A stretch of 64,000 nucleotides of DNA. It comes from Octopus sinensis (Eukaryota). Both the position numbers and the translations under genes were made by a program. Where the stretch lies: NCBI RefSeq assembly GCF_006345805.1, contig NC_043008.1, positions 65,286,001 through 65,350,000 on the forward strand. The letters run 5' to 3'. The notes under the pieces are model-generated. The model saw nothing but the letters and a program-made list of their open reading frames with translations. It did not search any database and was not told where the DNA came from. Shown here in pieces: positions 1 through 12,275 of this stretch. Position 1 is the stretch's first letter; the number at the start of each line of letters is the position of its first letter.

Positions 1-86
1 GGTAGGTAGATAAATAGGTAGGTGGATAAAGAGAGAGAGAGAGGTAAACAGGTACCTAGCTGGCTAGCTAGACAGGCAGACAGACG

Positions 87-119
<33 letters not shown>

Positions 120-148
120 GTACGTATGTAAGTATGCATGTATGTATA
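87..148 (+). repeat. (GATA)n / (GTAT)n microsatellite
   Basis: Direct tetranucleotide repeats visible in sequence. Confidence 0.9.
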
Positions 149-779
149 TGGTGTGTGGTAGGTTGGTGCATGTTCCCACCAACAATACAGAAACATATTC
201 TGTATATAACGATATGTAAGCTACTGGGCAAAGTTATAATGTATGAAACATGGTTCTCAAAGTTGAACAATTTTGCAGAAAATAACACTAAAATCCATAT
301 AATTACATATAAAAACAATAAAACGTGTTTAATTTAGAATAAAATAACAAATTTGACGCAAAAACACACTCACACATCATAGGGGCGATTTGAAATATAT
401 GGTAAAGAATGAGAAGTAGAGCGCTTCAGTAATTCCTACAGCTGGCAAATACAATTTGGTCACATCTGTTGATTTGTAATGAAAAATTTTCTGCGTCAGT
501 AAAAGAAATTAAATATTTCATAAACATTCACCGACACCTCAATATGGCCACATTACACGACCAACGTGCTCTATTAATGTGTCCACACATTCACCTCCAC
601 CCACAACATACCTATATCTATAAAAAAGAGTTTGTGTGTGTGTATGCGCGCGCGCGCGTGTATGTTCCTTATGCATTCCAAAACCGAGTTACCGATTTTG
701 ACGTATGGCGTATCAAAAGGTTCCGTACTATTTCGGCTACCAACTAAACTTTATTTTCATTAACAATTTGCATTGCAAA

Positions 780-816
<37 letters not shown>

Positions 817-821
<5 letters not shown>

Positions 822-880
822 GGCGGTGCCCCAGCATGGCCATAGCTCATAAGCTGAAACTAGAATCAATCAATCAATCA
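817..880 (+). mobile_element. Isolated retroposon 3' tail (GGCGGTGCCCCAGCATGGCC...GCTGAAACTAGA + (ATCA)n)
   Basis: Matches the 3' end of the LINE fragment at 12276-12340 (minus) and resembles the 3' end of SINE family A; sits between TA runs. Confidence 0.7.
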
Positions 881-1171
881 TATATATATAACATTATAAT
901 CTTTTTCCATAAGTTAACTATCATAAACATTTTATACGACGACGATGATGACATCACATTTTCTATATGAGTATGTACCTTAAAACACATCCGTCATCAC
1001 GACACGCGCCTTCACTCACTCACTCTATCTTTTTCTTTCTTTCTCTCCGTCTCTCTCTCTCTCTCTCACTCTCTCTCTCTCTCGCACACACGCACACACA
1101 CACATACACACAAGCATCCATTTCATATACACGTACATACATCTTTCATTTTCTCATCTACTTCACGTTCT

Positions 1172-1209
<38 letters not shown>

Positions 1210-2554
1210 CTCTTTCTGCTTTCTTTTCTCTTTCTATTTCTGCTCTCTTCAAAGCATAAAGAATGAGAAAAAGACAGAAAACAATTGTCTATGAGAGAAT
1301 ATGAAAGACAGCGATATCAGGCGAGAGAGAAATGCTGATGTTTCATACCCTATGTATATTCTATAATTGATAGTGAATGAAACCCGGTCGAAAGTTTATA
1401 CTTTATGTATGTATGTAGGTAAAGGTGAAAGAAAGTCGACACAAAGAGGTGTAAAGCGGTTGAGAAGAAGACGCTGAGAACCCCACAAACGAGATCGGAT
1501 CGCACAATTTTCAGGTGACTTTCACTTCCGTCCCATCTTTCACGCATGCGTAAAATCAGGCATTATCTCTCTCAATTTCTCATTATAATGTACAGTAACC
1601 TTATGCTGTCAACATGTTTACAACTTCACTAACTTTATTTCCTTATTTTGGAATTAAGAAAGGTATGCAAAAATAAGTTCCCTTAGCACACACACACACA
1701 CACACACACAGAGTTATAGTTCTTGCTGGGCGCTAAGTTCCAGCTCACATCCTATGGAAATTACCTTTTTGTGATGAGCGTATTTCAAAAGCTGATCTTC
1801 CATTTTAACTTACAAGCAAGTGATCTCAGAAATCTTGTCCTTTACCTGTTGCTTCTCGCATGTCCGAGATACCATCCCCCCCATATTTCTTTCCTTAATT
1901 TACTCGCATTCCTCTGTTTTCCATACGGGAGATTTGCATTTTGCACGAAAGGGGGTAGCTGATGGGTGGCCGAGGTGGGGGAAGAGGCTTTCAGTATTTC
2001 TTTCAGAAAAATTAAACTTTCGAAAACAAATTATATTTCCCAGATTTGTAATACCTGTATTTTTCCAGGTGGATAAAAAACAAAATTCGAAAAACACTTA
2101 AAATTTAGGAGGTTTCGGTGGGGAGTGGGGGGATAATTACAATTTTGAGAATGGGATTTCTGGGCAAAATCATATTTTCCTCTTTTTATTCGATAAAGCA
2201 GTACATAGTTTGTGATCCTTCTAAAGAACATAAATCACTTTCATGCAAATTTATCACCACTTCACTTCTGGACAAACAATAACTTTCAATTCGACAGTTA
2301 TCCACTCCACTACATATCAACAAAGAACATAGCAAATCATTCAGGAGTTTACCACTTCTCTTTATAACGGTATACAAATTGACATATGAATTTTTCCACA
2401 TCCCTTCATTTGTTACTATAACATGAAATTATACAATACACAATTTCAAATTGATATGTCTTCCACTTATATGTTCCTTAATCGTCCGCTCGTTTCAGCC
2501 AGTTCACCAAAACGAAGACATTCTTATTTATCTTCACAAACAAAGGCCGCAAAC

Positions 2555-3940
2555 AAAGCTGCCTCTATTCGTGCTCAAGAAAACTCACTTCTGTGATGCC
2601 CAAATGTGCAATATTTCAAAACGAACACCGACGGCGGAGATTCTGCTCCAAACATCACTATGGATGAATACACGATGGCACACCGTGGTGCACAAGACAC
2701 CCTATATATGTTACTAAATGATATTAGAAACAATACTGCCATTATGGAGGGCTTAACTGTTGTCCTTGCAGAGGATTTCCGTCAAATATTACTAGTCATA
2801 TCACGGAGTGCGCGAACCGACGAGATCTATGTGTGTCTGAAGTCTTCATCTCCGTGGAGGTTTATTAGTCAACATTCATTAAGCAAGAATATGCGAGCTC
2901 ATCTCTACAACGTCCCCTTCGTTGAGGAATTCTCTCATCAACTTCTCAAAATGGAAATGGCGCCTTACCGTTGAATAACACCCTGCAAAAGCAGGCACTG
3001 CAATCTGGGAACATTGGCTGAACGTAAAGAAAAGGTATATCCCACATAGCATGGTTCGGTGAGAGAGCTATTTTAGCACCTCTGAATGAAAATGTTGATA
3101 AAGGTAACCATGAATTCCACATTCTACTTGGAGATGCTTCAGCATTCCTCTCCATTAATACTGCCATCGATTAACATGCCGCTGTTCAGTATCCAGTTGA
3201 ATTTCTTAACTCTCCTGAACTCACAGGACTGCCACCCCATAAGTTGTTCCTAAAGAAAAGTGCACCTGTCATTCTCTTGAAGAATTTGGACTCAACACGA
3301 CTATGCAATGGTACAAGATTGACTGTAACTACAAAGACAAATTATGTCCTAGAGTCAACCTTCATTGCCGGCTGCCATCTAGGGGAGATCGCATACATTC
3401 CACGCATTCCTCTTATTCCCTCAAATATACCTATTTCTTTATTACCCACAAGGGGCTAAAGACAGAGGGGACAAACAAGGACAGACATAGGTATTAAGTC
3501 GATTACATCGACCCCAGTGCGTAACTGGTACTTAATTTATCGACCCCGAAAGGATGAAAGGCAAAGTCGACCTCGGCAGAATTTGAACTCAAAACGTAAC
3601 GACAGACGAAATACGGAGACGCATTTCGCCCGGCGTGCTAACGTTTCTGCCAGCTCTCCGCCTGAAATATTCCATTCCCTCAAATATACCATTTCAATTC
3701 AAGTGCCTCCAGTTCCCAGTATGATTGTTCTTCGCTATGACAATCAGCAAAACCCAGGCTCAAACTTTAAAAATTGTGGGTCTCAATTTACAAACAGTCT
3801 GCTTTTCTCATGGACAACGATATATCGCATGCTCTCGAATTAGCAGTGCAGATGACTTGTATAATTATTCTACCAACATTGTACTTACGCAAAACATAGT
3901 TTGCCCAGAAGCATTGTCGACTTCACTTAACATATGCTGA
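2555..3940 (+). pseudogene. Helitron PIF1-like helicase domain, frameshifted and SINE-interrupted
   Basis: Translated motifs KLPL..CNISK, DEYTMAH, LAEDFRQIL, KNMRAHL, ERAILAPLNE, YPVEFLNS..GLPPH, LLKNLD..RLCNGTRL, IPRIPLIPS, FQFKCLQFPV, FAMTISKTQAQTL, FSHGQRYIACSR match Helitron RepHel helicase motifs II-VI; several stops and frameshifts. Confidence 0.93.
3432..3663 (-). mobile_element. tRNA-derived SINE family B (tail type B1) with 17-bp TSD
   Basis: Head GGCGGAGAGCTGGCAGAAACGTTAGCACGCCGGGCG, B-box-like GAGTTCAAATTC; TSD ATTCCCTCAAATATACC at 3415-3431 and 3674-3690. Confidence 0.92.
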
Positions 3941-4284
3941 AGTGTGCAGTCTGCCCAGACGTTACAGCCAAGATGCTCTTCACAATCAAGCAGCTTTCTT
4001 TCCACGTACCCTACTTTCTGCAAAACGGATATCTCTACGCTCTCATACGTTATCCAATTCTTTAAATCATTAAGTCTAGGTCATTTTGGCGACAATGTTA
4101 GGATTCCATTCTAATCTAAGCCGCCATACTACATGTTTTTGATGTCAACAATTTCAGCATTGTTCATCACAAAATGACCAAAAAACATGATTATAAAGGA
4201 GAGTTGTTCGCTTCACACTTCTCGTGTGCCGATTCTGTCCATAAGAAAGAAACAAGTAATGCAATGTGGCTGTAGCTCATAACA

Positions 4285-4312
4285 CCCGAGCAACGCCGGG
4301 ATGCATTGCTAT
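4285..4312 (+). mobile_element. Helitron 3' terminus (GC hairpin + degenerate CTAG)
   Basis: CCCGAGCAACGCCGGG, 8 nt, then CTAT|T; hairpin identical to that of the intact non-autonomous Helitron at 48001-48303; lies about 350 bp downstream of the helicase. Confidence 0.75.
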
Positions 4313-5569
4313 TCTGTGTGTGTGTGTGGTGGGGGGGCGTACAGGCAGTGTTTTTTAACACATCTGGTGTTTCAGCGCAATCTTCAGAACTGACCACATG
4401 GCATGAGAAGCTAAACGTCGGACGAAAGGATCAGAGAAAAAGGGAGGACAGGCGAGAAAGTAGTAGATATGAAAAGTAGAAGGGTTGAAAAAAAAAAGAA
4501 ATCGAAAAAGAAAACAGAAACAAACAAAATGTGGAGGGACTAGATTTATTTCCCTTTTGACCGTGAACTATAATACTGAAAAGATAGTGCCCTGGGGTGG
4601 TACTTTCCATTTCGTCAACAGAAACTTAGCCATTACTTAAAACAGCTGAGCATTTCAGATCTAATGTTCAGTAGTGTGTCAAAGTTCATAGATCTGATAT
4701 GGAGAATGTGTGTATGGGGTTGGTAAAGGTTTGTAATCGCTTATTTTAGTTCTTATTATAGGATACCAATCAAATTTCTTTCACATAGGCATACGCGGAC
4801 GCACTTAGAGGCATACACACAGACATGGACTCACACAAATGTATGTGTTTGTGTTTATGGCTATATATATCGTTCAGAGTTGTCTTTCTTAGGTATATCT
4901 CATCGACAAGAGTTAAAAATCTCGAAATCTCGATGTCTGAGATTCTCTAGAGATGGTGACACTGAACGAACGGGATGTTTTCACACCTTCTTATCATAAG
5001 AGAGATTTCTTCTCCGCTGTACCTGCTGTGTATTTGCCTTTACCTGTTGAAATATGACAAGCATATTTCAACTAACCTAAATATATATATGTGCGTGTGT
5101 GTGTGCGCGCGTGCTTGTAAGAGTGTATGTAAGGATGGATATATTTTGCGTTTTTCTGAAATAATTTGTAAATCAAATTTTTTTTTAGTAAAGAGGTAAG
5201 TGAACATATTAGTGTCAATATTTGTTACAATTTACTTAATATCATTAAATTTTGCAGTGCGAAAATTATTTTTAAGGAAGCGTTGTTTGGTGATGTGTAA
5301 ATACAGACACAATCTCACACTCAAATACGGACAAACAGATACGCAGACAAACAGACACACACTCACACAGTCACACAGGCGCGCTCCTACACACACACTG
5401 ACGCACTCATTGTCAAGTCCTACTTAACACTTACTCATAGCAGAAAGCATTTCCAGAGCAATATATTTGAATCTGTAGTAAGGGTGCTTTCGAAGTGAAA
5501 TTCTTGACGATTGTGATATACCTGCGCACATATACGATGGAGTATAAACACACACACACATACACACAT

Positions 5570-5599
<30 letters not shown>

Positions 5600-5600
<1 letters not shown>

Positions 5601-5767
5601 ATTATAACTAAGGGTATCTAAGAGATACCACCATGCTTGATATAGCAGCCTCCAAAATCACATTAAATGCTCATGGTGGTGTATGAACATTTAATGTCGT
5701 TTTAGAATCAAGTTTTGGCTGGTATATCTAGCATGGTGGTATCTCTTAGGTACTCCTAATTATAATT
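5600..5767. mobile_element. Fold-back / MITE-like element
   Basis: AATTATAACTAAGGGTATCTAAGAGATACCACCATGCTTGATATAGCAGCC pairs with the reverse complement of 5717-5767; inner 24-nt arms also pair; TA-rich flanks. Confidence 0.75.
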
Positions 5768-5843
5768 TTAATAATTAATTACTACCGTTTTTATTACAAT
5801 GCTGGCCACCTGATAATATCGGTATTTTAAATAACGATGTCAT

Positions 5844-5881
<38 letters not shown>

Positions 5882-5885
<4 letters not shown>

Positions 5886-6259
5886 TTTTACTCTTTTATT
5901 GTTTCAGTCATTTGACAGCAGCCATGCTGTAGCATCACTTTTAGATGAATAAATCGAAACCAGGACTTATTCTTTGTAAGCCTAGTACTTATCCTATCGG
6001 TGTATTTTGCCGAACCGCTAAGTTACGGGGACGTGAAAACACCGACATCGTTTGTCAAGCAATGATGGGGCAACAAACGCACACACACATATATATGACT
6101 GGGGTTTTTCAGTTTCCGTGTAACAAATCCACTCACAAGCTTTTGGTCGGCCCGGGGCTATAACAGAAGACACTTGTCCATAGTGACAAACAATGGGACT
6201 GAATCCGCAACCACGTGGTTTGTAAGCAAGCTACAGACTACACAGCCACGCCTGTGCCT
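5882..6259 (-). mobile_element. tRNA-derived SINE family A
   Basis: Reverse complement shows head GCGTGGCTGTGTAG..AGCTTGCTT, body GGCCGACCAAAAGCTTGTGAGTGGATTTG, internal (TA/TG)n and tail AAACAATAAAAGAGTAAAAGA. Confidence 0.88.
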
Positions 6260-6445
6260 CTAGCTACTTATCACACAGGCACGCCTGTTTACAAGTATAT
6301 GTATTCTTACAGACGTGTACAACAAAGTTATAAACCGCTATAATCACTGCTCGAAAATTAATTTTACCTATATAAGTATTTCATGCGTAAAGGCTGTCGT
6401 CAAACAAATATAAAATGAAGAATATATACGTATACTGAGTGAAAT

Positions 6446-6840
6446 GTAGGAGTGGCTGTGTGGTAAGTAGCTTGCTAACCAACCACATGGTTCCGGGTTC
6501 AGTCCCATTGCGTGGCATCTTGGGCAAGTGTCTTCTGCTATAGCCCCGGGCCGACCAATGCCTTGTGAGTGGATTTGGTAGACGGAAACTGAAAGAAGCC
6601 TGTCGTATATATGTATATATACATAAGTGTGTGTGTATATAGTTGTCCCCCTAGCATTGCTTGACAACCGATGCTGGTGTGTTTACGTCCCCGTCACTTA
6701 GCGGTTCGGCAAAAGATACCGATAGAATAAGTACTGGGCTTTCAAAGACTAAGTCCCGGGGTCGATTTGCTCGACTAAAGGCGGTGCTCAAGCATGGCTG
6801 CAGTCAAATGACTGAAACAAATAAAAGAGTAAAAGAGTAT
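6446..6840 (+). mobile_element. tRNA-derived SINE family A, full length
   Basis: GTAGGAGTGGCTGTGTGGTAAGTAGCTTGCT..GGGTTCAGTCCC head, internal microsatellite, tail GACTGAAACAAATAAAAGAGTAAAAGAG. Confidence 0.92.
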
Positions 6841-7636
6841 GGGCTCTTGTTGCAGAATTTATCATCCTAAGAATGTTATATTATTATTATTATTATTTTG
6901 CACCAAATACGATATAATATCAGCAAGTCTCAGGGAATATATTTGATTCCTTCTGCAAGAATAACTTAAACAGTACTAACTGTTATAGCAACAATTCGAG
7001 TAATTCTAAGGCAATTTATTAGTGGAATCTTTCCGCTTCACTGATGTACGAAATGCTTAATATATCACGTCTGCATAATTAGGATATATTTTAGATTTAT
7101 GTCACCAGAGGACAGGCAAAAATATCAGTAGCAATAGTGTATCACTGTTTCAAATGGCATACGAATATAAACATAAACTTAGGCATGTGCATAGGTAGAG
7201 CAACAAGTTCACATATATGCTCATATATATACATATATACACATATATATATATATATATGTGTATATAGGTAAATTACTTATACCCACATACATACATA
7301 CATACATACATGCATACATACATACATATATATCTTGTTGTGCCTTGGGAGGGTCATTACTCCAATATTAATACATACACTTGTTCAAGAAGATTTCTTC
7401 ATTCCTAGTTAATTTGTTAAATATCTTACTAATCGATGTTTTGTTTACAGTTAACCAATCGAATAACAATAAAGAAATGATAGTGAACGACTACATGTGT
7501 AATTATTGGCGTAATGGCACCTACAAGACACAAAGCTTTAATTCAACACACGGAATCATATCGAGAATCTTGGAAACAAAAAATCCGAAGAAGAAGTTAA
7601 CTCTAAGATGTAGAATAATGTACACTTTAACGGGGG

Positions 7637-7807
7637 GAGGCCGGTTTATGAGATTACCCTGGGCTTCCTGTCCATAACAGGTTTAGGCTTTTCTCCTTCC
7701 ATATGTTGAAGAGGTCTTAGGTTAGCAAGTTCTGATGGCTGATGATATGCCATAAAGCTAAATCCCTTATGGACGGGAAACCTAGGGTAATCCCATAAAC
7801 CGGCCTC
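7637..7807. mobile_element. MITE-like element with about 55-bp imperfect TIRs
   Basis: GAGGCCGGTTTATGAGATTACCCTGGGCTTCCTGTCCATAA (7637-) vs TTATGGACGGGAAACCTAGGGTAATCCCATAAACCGGCCTC (-7807). Confidence 0.7.
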
Positions 7808-7919
7808 GGCCACTGAAATATATGTGTATATATATAAAGAACATAAATGCTTGTGCGTATAATAACATTTATCTGATGTCTAATTAGAAATACTCCTTTG
7901 TAATACAGGGTCAAGGTCA

Positions 7920-8085
7920 GAAAATTTGAGGGGCAGGAGAAGTTGATTGTATTGAGCTCAACAAATGACTTGTGCTTATTTTATCGATCATGAGAGGATG
8001 AATCCCAAAATCTAACTCGGCAGTATTTCAACTCGAGCGTTAAATTTTAGAGGCAATATTTCCGCTATGTTAACGACACAGCCAA
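7920..8085 (-). mobile_element. Decayed SINE family B
   Basis: Diverged match to B body (TTTTATCGA..GAGGATGAA..CTCGGCAGTATTTCAACTC..GCCAACTCGCC). Confidence 0.6.
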
Positions 8086-8236
8086 CTCGCCACTTTTACA
8101 ACGTGTACAATATTATAGCTCAATAATGTGCATAAACCATTAGGCTTATGTCTGAAGTGTGCGGAGTGCGTAAAGTTTTTAGCTTCCAGTCTCTTCTTTA
8201 AAATCGAGAAATTATAATTCGTAGATATTATAAAAT

Positions 8237-8408
8237 TATTGAATTCTGTGTGAGGAAAAAATTCTTGTTAAAAAGAATGAAACCTAAATATTATAACATT
8301 ATTGAATTCTACGGGAGGAAAAATTTCTTGAAAAAAAATGAAACCTAGAAATTTTAATATTGAATTCTGCAGGAGGAAAAATTTCCTGAAAAAAAAATAA
8401 AACCTAGG
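8237..8408 (+). repeat. About 60-bp tandem repeat x3
   Basis: TATTGAATTCT..GAGGAAAAATT..GAAACCTA units start at 8237, 8300 and 8358. Confidence 0.85.
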
Positions 8409-9970
8409 ACTGGATAGATTGCTATATATTTCTGAATTTTTTATTGAGTTTGCGATATATGGTAAAACAATGAGTTTTTTGTCGGAGAGAAACACCCAGT
8501 TACATAACGTGTCTGAGAGTCATAAATTTAAAATATCATTTAGAAATATATTTGACATCAGTACCTACATAATAGTATAAAACCATCTATTCACACATAA
8601 ATATATAAATGTAGGTAGGTTTACGTATATATATAATGATATTTTTTTTCTATAGTAATCTGTATAAGAAAACGTTTATGCAATAAGTGAAGTAACTCTC
8701 GTAACACTGAAAGGGAAATTGCCAATATTCAGAATTAAATTTAATTAAGGAATACTAAGGTCATGTTCGCGACATTCTCTCGTTTATATTCATTTTATCT
8801 TCGTAAATACCAGAATACGTTTTTAAACACGTTTGCACACACACACACACACACACATTTATACATACATGCATGCATACATACGTACATATGCACACAT
8901 ATATATTTTTTGTTAAATATCTTGCATATTTATGTCTAGCAGAGTGTGTATGTATAAACAAATATGTGGTTATTTAATGCGCTTAACGGGATAGGTAAGT
9001 CAGAAGTAAAAAACACTCATCGTCAGCCTAGCATTCGAGAACCGGTTCCTTTCTCCCATAATACTACAAATCTGGTCATGCCAATGACTGTAAAATACAC
9101 AATGGTGTCACATCACAATGAATACTCCGAGAATTTAAATGATTGAGGGCAAGAATGTACGAGTAAAATAATGGTCACTTACAAACAGGTATATAGTAAT
9201 ATTCACCGATGAAATTCATGAACTGTGTTGACTGGGTATAGCGAAGAAGCCAAAAAAAAATAATATTGGCTCAAATGGAATAACAGATTATATATAATGG
9301 GATACTCCTCATATGATGTTAAGTAAGAACTAGTGACAAAAAAAGCACAGGGTTTGAATCATATGAGCTTAAAGTAGCAAAATGATATGGAAAGGATGAG
9401 TAAGCATAGAAAAAACAGGTAAAGAGAAGTATGGTGAGTGGGTGGAAAGAGATTTAGAGAGTAGGTAAAAAAACTGATCAGCAGTAAGAAGAACCCTATA
9501 GGCACTAGAAGTATATAAAAATTATATTGAATTGTATTGAAAATATTTAACATAGTTGTGGTGAATATATTATGAACAACATGCATATACATATATATGC
9601 GTATATGTATGAATGGTCTATTAAATATCCTGCGTTGAAAAATTTGTTTTTATTCGTTTATATGCACTAGCATATAACATTCAGAACCTGCAACACGTTT
9701 TTAGATACATAATTACACTTAAATCAGTTCCCCTGCAGTGTTAATTTCTGTGTCATATAATCATACAACAGCAACATAAACATGAATTTATACATATATT
9801 TCTAACAAGTATATCTCTATTTACTGACTATAGCTATATGTATTTTTGTACGCCCTCATTTTTGTGTGTGCGTGTGTGTGGAGGGTGCGTGCGTAGGCGT
9901 GTGTGTTTGCATGTGTGTGCGTCTGTGCGAGTGCATGTATGTATACATGTACTTCGTTCTACATATGCAT

Positions 9971-10061
9971 CTATTCTTTTATTTATTTCAGTCATCTGAC
10001 TGCGGCCATGCTGAAGCCCCACCTTTAACCTTAGAAATCGATTCTTTGTAAACCAAGTATT
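9971..10061 (-). mobile_element. SINE family A 3' fragment
   Basis: TTTCAGTCATCTGACTGCGGCCATGCTG matches the A tail (reverse complement). Confidence 0.75.
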
Positions 10062-10073
10062 TATATATATATA

Positions 10074-10665
10074 ACTTGGTGTTGAATAAATATACTATTA
10101 AATTAGTATCTAATTCTCTCACCCTTATTAATTAATTATAATTATGCTGCATTTATTTCTAAATGCTGTATTTGTTTTCCGTGAAAGTTTGGCGCGCTGT
10201 TGGTTGGGGCATTTGAATTATAACGTCGGATGTAATCAATTGAACCACACGCGTATTTATCGTTATGGTAAAATCTGGCGTGTGATTGAGTGGATTTCAT
10301 CCAGATAGTCTTGGCTGACGAGCTACAAATGGATTTTTTTGTAAGTAATATTACATTTAATTCATTAATAGCGAAACAATTGTCCCAAAATAATCTGTAT
10401 TTTTGTTATTTTTTACTTGCCCTGTCCGTGTGAGCTAACAGTCGTACTGGCTTTCATGGGAAACATGTATCTTCGTGGTTGAAACCTTTTGGATTAACTG
10501 GTGCTAGAGTGAGCAATATATTGACCACTCTCTTATATTTGTTTTGTAAAAGTATTGTAATATGTTATAAAATATTATAATAATCAGGTTTCTCGTAGCA
10601 CTAGGCCACTTGGTGTTGAATAAATATACTATTAAATTAGTATCTAATTCTCTCACCCTTATTAA

Positions 10666-10674
<9 letters not shown>
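10074..10674 (+). mobile_element. 534-bp unit with 67-bp perfect terminal direct repeat carrying a hammerhead (retrozyme-like / Penelope-type non-autonomous element)
   Basis: Identical 67-mers at 10074-10140 and 10608-10674; (TA)n on both flanks; canonical hammerhead inside. Confidence 0.75.
10302..10397 (+). ncRNA. Type I hammerhead ribozyme, canonical core
   Basis: Stem I CAGATAGTCTTGG/CCAAAATAATCTG (11 of 13 paired), CTGACGA (10315-10321), stem II GCTA/TAGC, GAAA (10373-10376), palindromic stem III ACAATTGT, GTC cleavage triplet (C10384). Confidence 0.85.
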
Positions 10675-10694
<20 letters not shown>

Positions 10695-10696
<2 letters not shown>

Positions 10697-10830
10697 GTGA
10701 GAATTTACAACAGAAGCAAAAGACGAAGACGGGTGTGTAAACAGCAAACAGATGTATTAGTTTAACGCTCGGGAAGTGACAAAGTCTTTTACGTTTCGAG
10801 CCTACGCTCTTCGACAGAAATAAACAGGGA
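10695..10830 (-). mobile_element. Penelope-type terminal repeat fragment (same family as 27085-27242) with hammerhead-like motif at 10786-10820
   Basis: Reverse complement TTT-CTGTCGA-A-GAGC-GTAG-GCTC-GAAA-CGT-A-AAAG; homologous to 27085-27242; abuts (TA)n. Confidence 0.7.
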
Positions 10831-10846
10831 TGTATATATATATAGT

Positions 10847-10945
10847 AAAAGACACTTGCTCAACGTGCCACGCCATGCAGTGAGACTGAATCTAGAAGGA
10901 TGTGATTAGTAAACAAGCTACTTACCACACAGGTACTCTTGCGCC
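10847..10945 (-). mobile_element. SINE family A 5' fragment, decayed
   Basis: AGACACTTGCTCAACGTGCCACG..AAGCTACTTACCACACAG is the reverse complement of the A head. Confidence 0.65.
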
Positions 10946-11794
10946 AATGTACAAATAAACTTAAGATTTTCGAAATTCAAAGGATTAGTAAAACTTGTTA
11001 TTCTACTATATTATTTCCCAATCATCACCAACTTCTAGAAAATGTAGCACTTCTGGAGTATGTCAATATTTAAAATAGCAAAACTCCATGCATAACAAAG
11101 GGCGAAAGTGCTTTTTATTATTCATGTGTATATTATTTTTATTATAAGAATCAACTGCAGAATTAACACACTAAAGAATTAACATACTTCTAAAACAGGA
11201 TCCATGTATAATACAGATAATAAATAAGAAATAATTAAGGAAATAGCACACTTCTGAAGCAGAGTCAGTCCGATTTTAATAATCCTTTTACAACAATGAT
11301 AAAGAAAATTCTTCTCTCTTTCTTTACAACGATAACAGGTAATTCCTTCTTTAGTGAAAACAAAGTATGTCTTTATCCCTTTCTTCACATTTAAATTGTT
11401 TTAATGGTAGTGAATGAAAATTATAATGAACTAACCGATATCCAGCTCGCTAAACTACCAAATATGTATAAATTTTGCATTGTTTTCGTATTTTGATAAA
11501 TCATTAATTTCAGGGAAAAAAAATGCGACGTCGTAAGTAAGTTATTTAATTGTTAAAATTCGATTCATTTCTTTTATTTCTGAATACTAAATAAACAGCA
11601 CACATCATACAAAGGAAATTAGCTTTTTTAGTTTCATTAAAGTAATCGTAATTTTCACGTAAGAAACTTATCTATGAAAACTTTCGTATAACTAGATATT
11701 GTTTTCAAAGTTCTTGAGGAACGAAGTCAATAATAGGAGGCACTAAGTTAACTAGAAATGTATCTACAAAATGTTGTGAATGTTTCTTAAGTTT

Positions 11795-12196
11795 GATTCA
11801 CAAGCACATGGTTTCAGGTTCAGTCCTACTACATGGCACATGTAGTCTACTACAATCGCAGGCCTACCAAAGCCCTATGAGTGGATTTGGTTGACGGATA
11901 ATGAAAGATGTGTGCTCGTGTATGTGTGTGTATGTGTACGTGTGTGTTTAAATATATGTATATTCATGCATATTTAACTGTGCGTGTTGGGGTGTCTATG
12001 TGTCTCTGCTTCTTTTTCACCCTTGGTGTTGGTTTATTTACGTCCTCGTAACTTAGCAGTCTGTCATAAGTCACTCACTGATGAATTACCGGGTTTAAAA
12101 AAGTAAACTGAGTGAATTCGTTCGACTAAAACTCTTCAAAGCGCTGATTCACAATGACTGCAGCACCATGACTGAAACATGTAAAAGATAAAAGAT
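11795..12196 (+). mobile_element. Decayed SINE family A
   Basis: CACATGGTTTCAGGTTCAGTCC..GTGGATTTGG..(TG)n..TAACTTAGC..TGACTGAAACATGTAAAAGATAAAAGA. Confidence 0.75.
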
Positions 12197-12275
12197 CCTG
12201 TATGTGCTATGAGAAGAGGACATTACACTAAACTTCGCCGGTTTGAGAAACATGATACCCACGCTGTTATTAGCT

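Noticed and set aside
4340-4395. Minus-strand CTGAAGA..GAAA spacing
   Set aside because: No stem II pairing and only 2 bp of stem I; chance match
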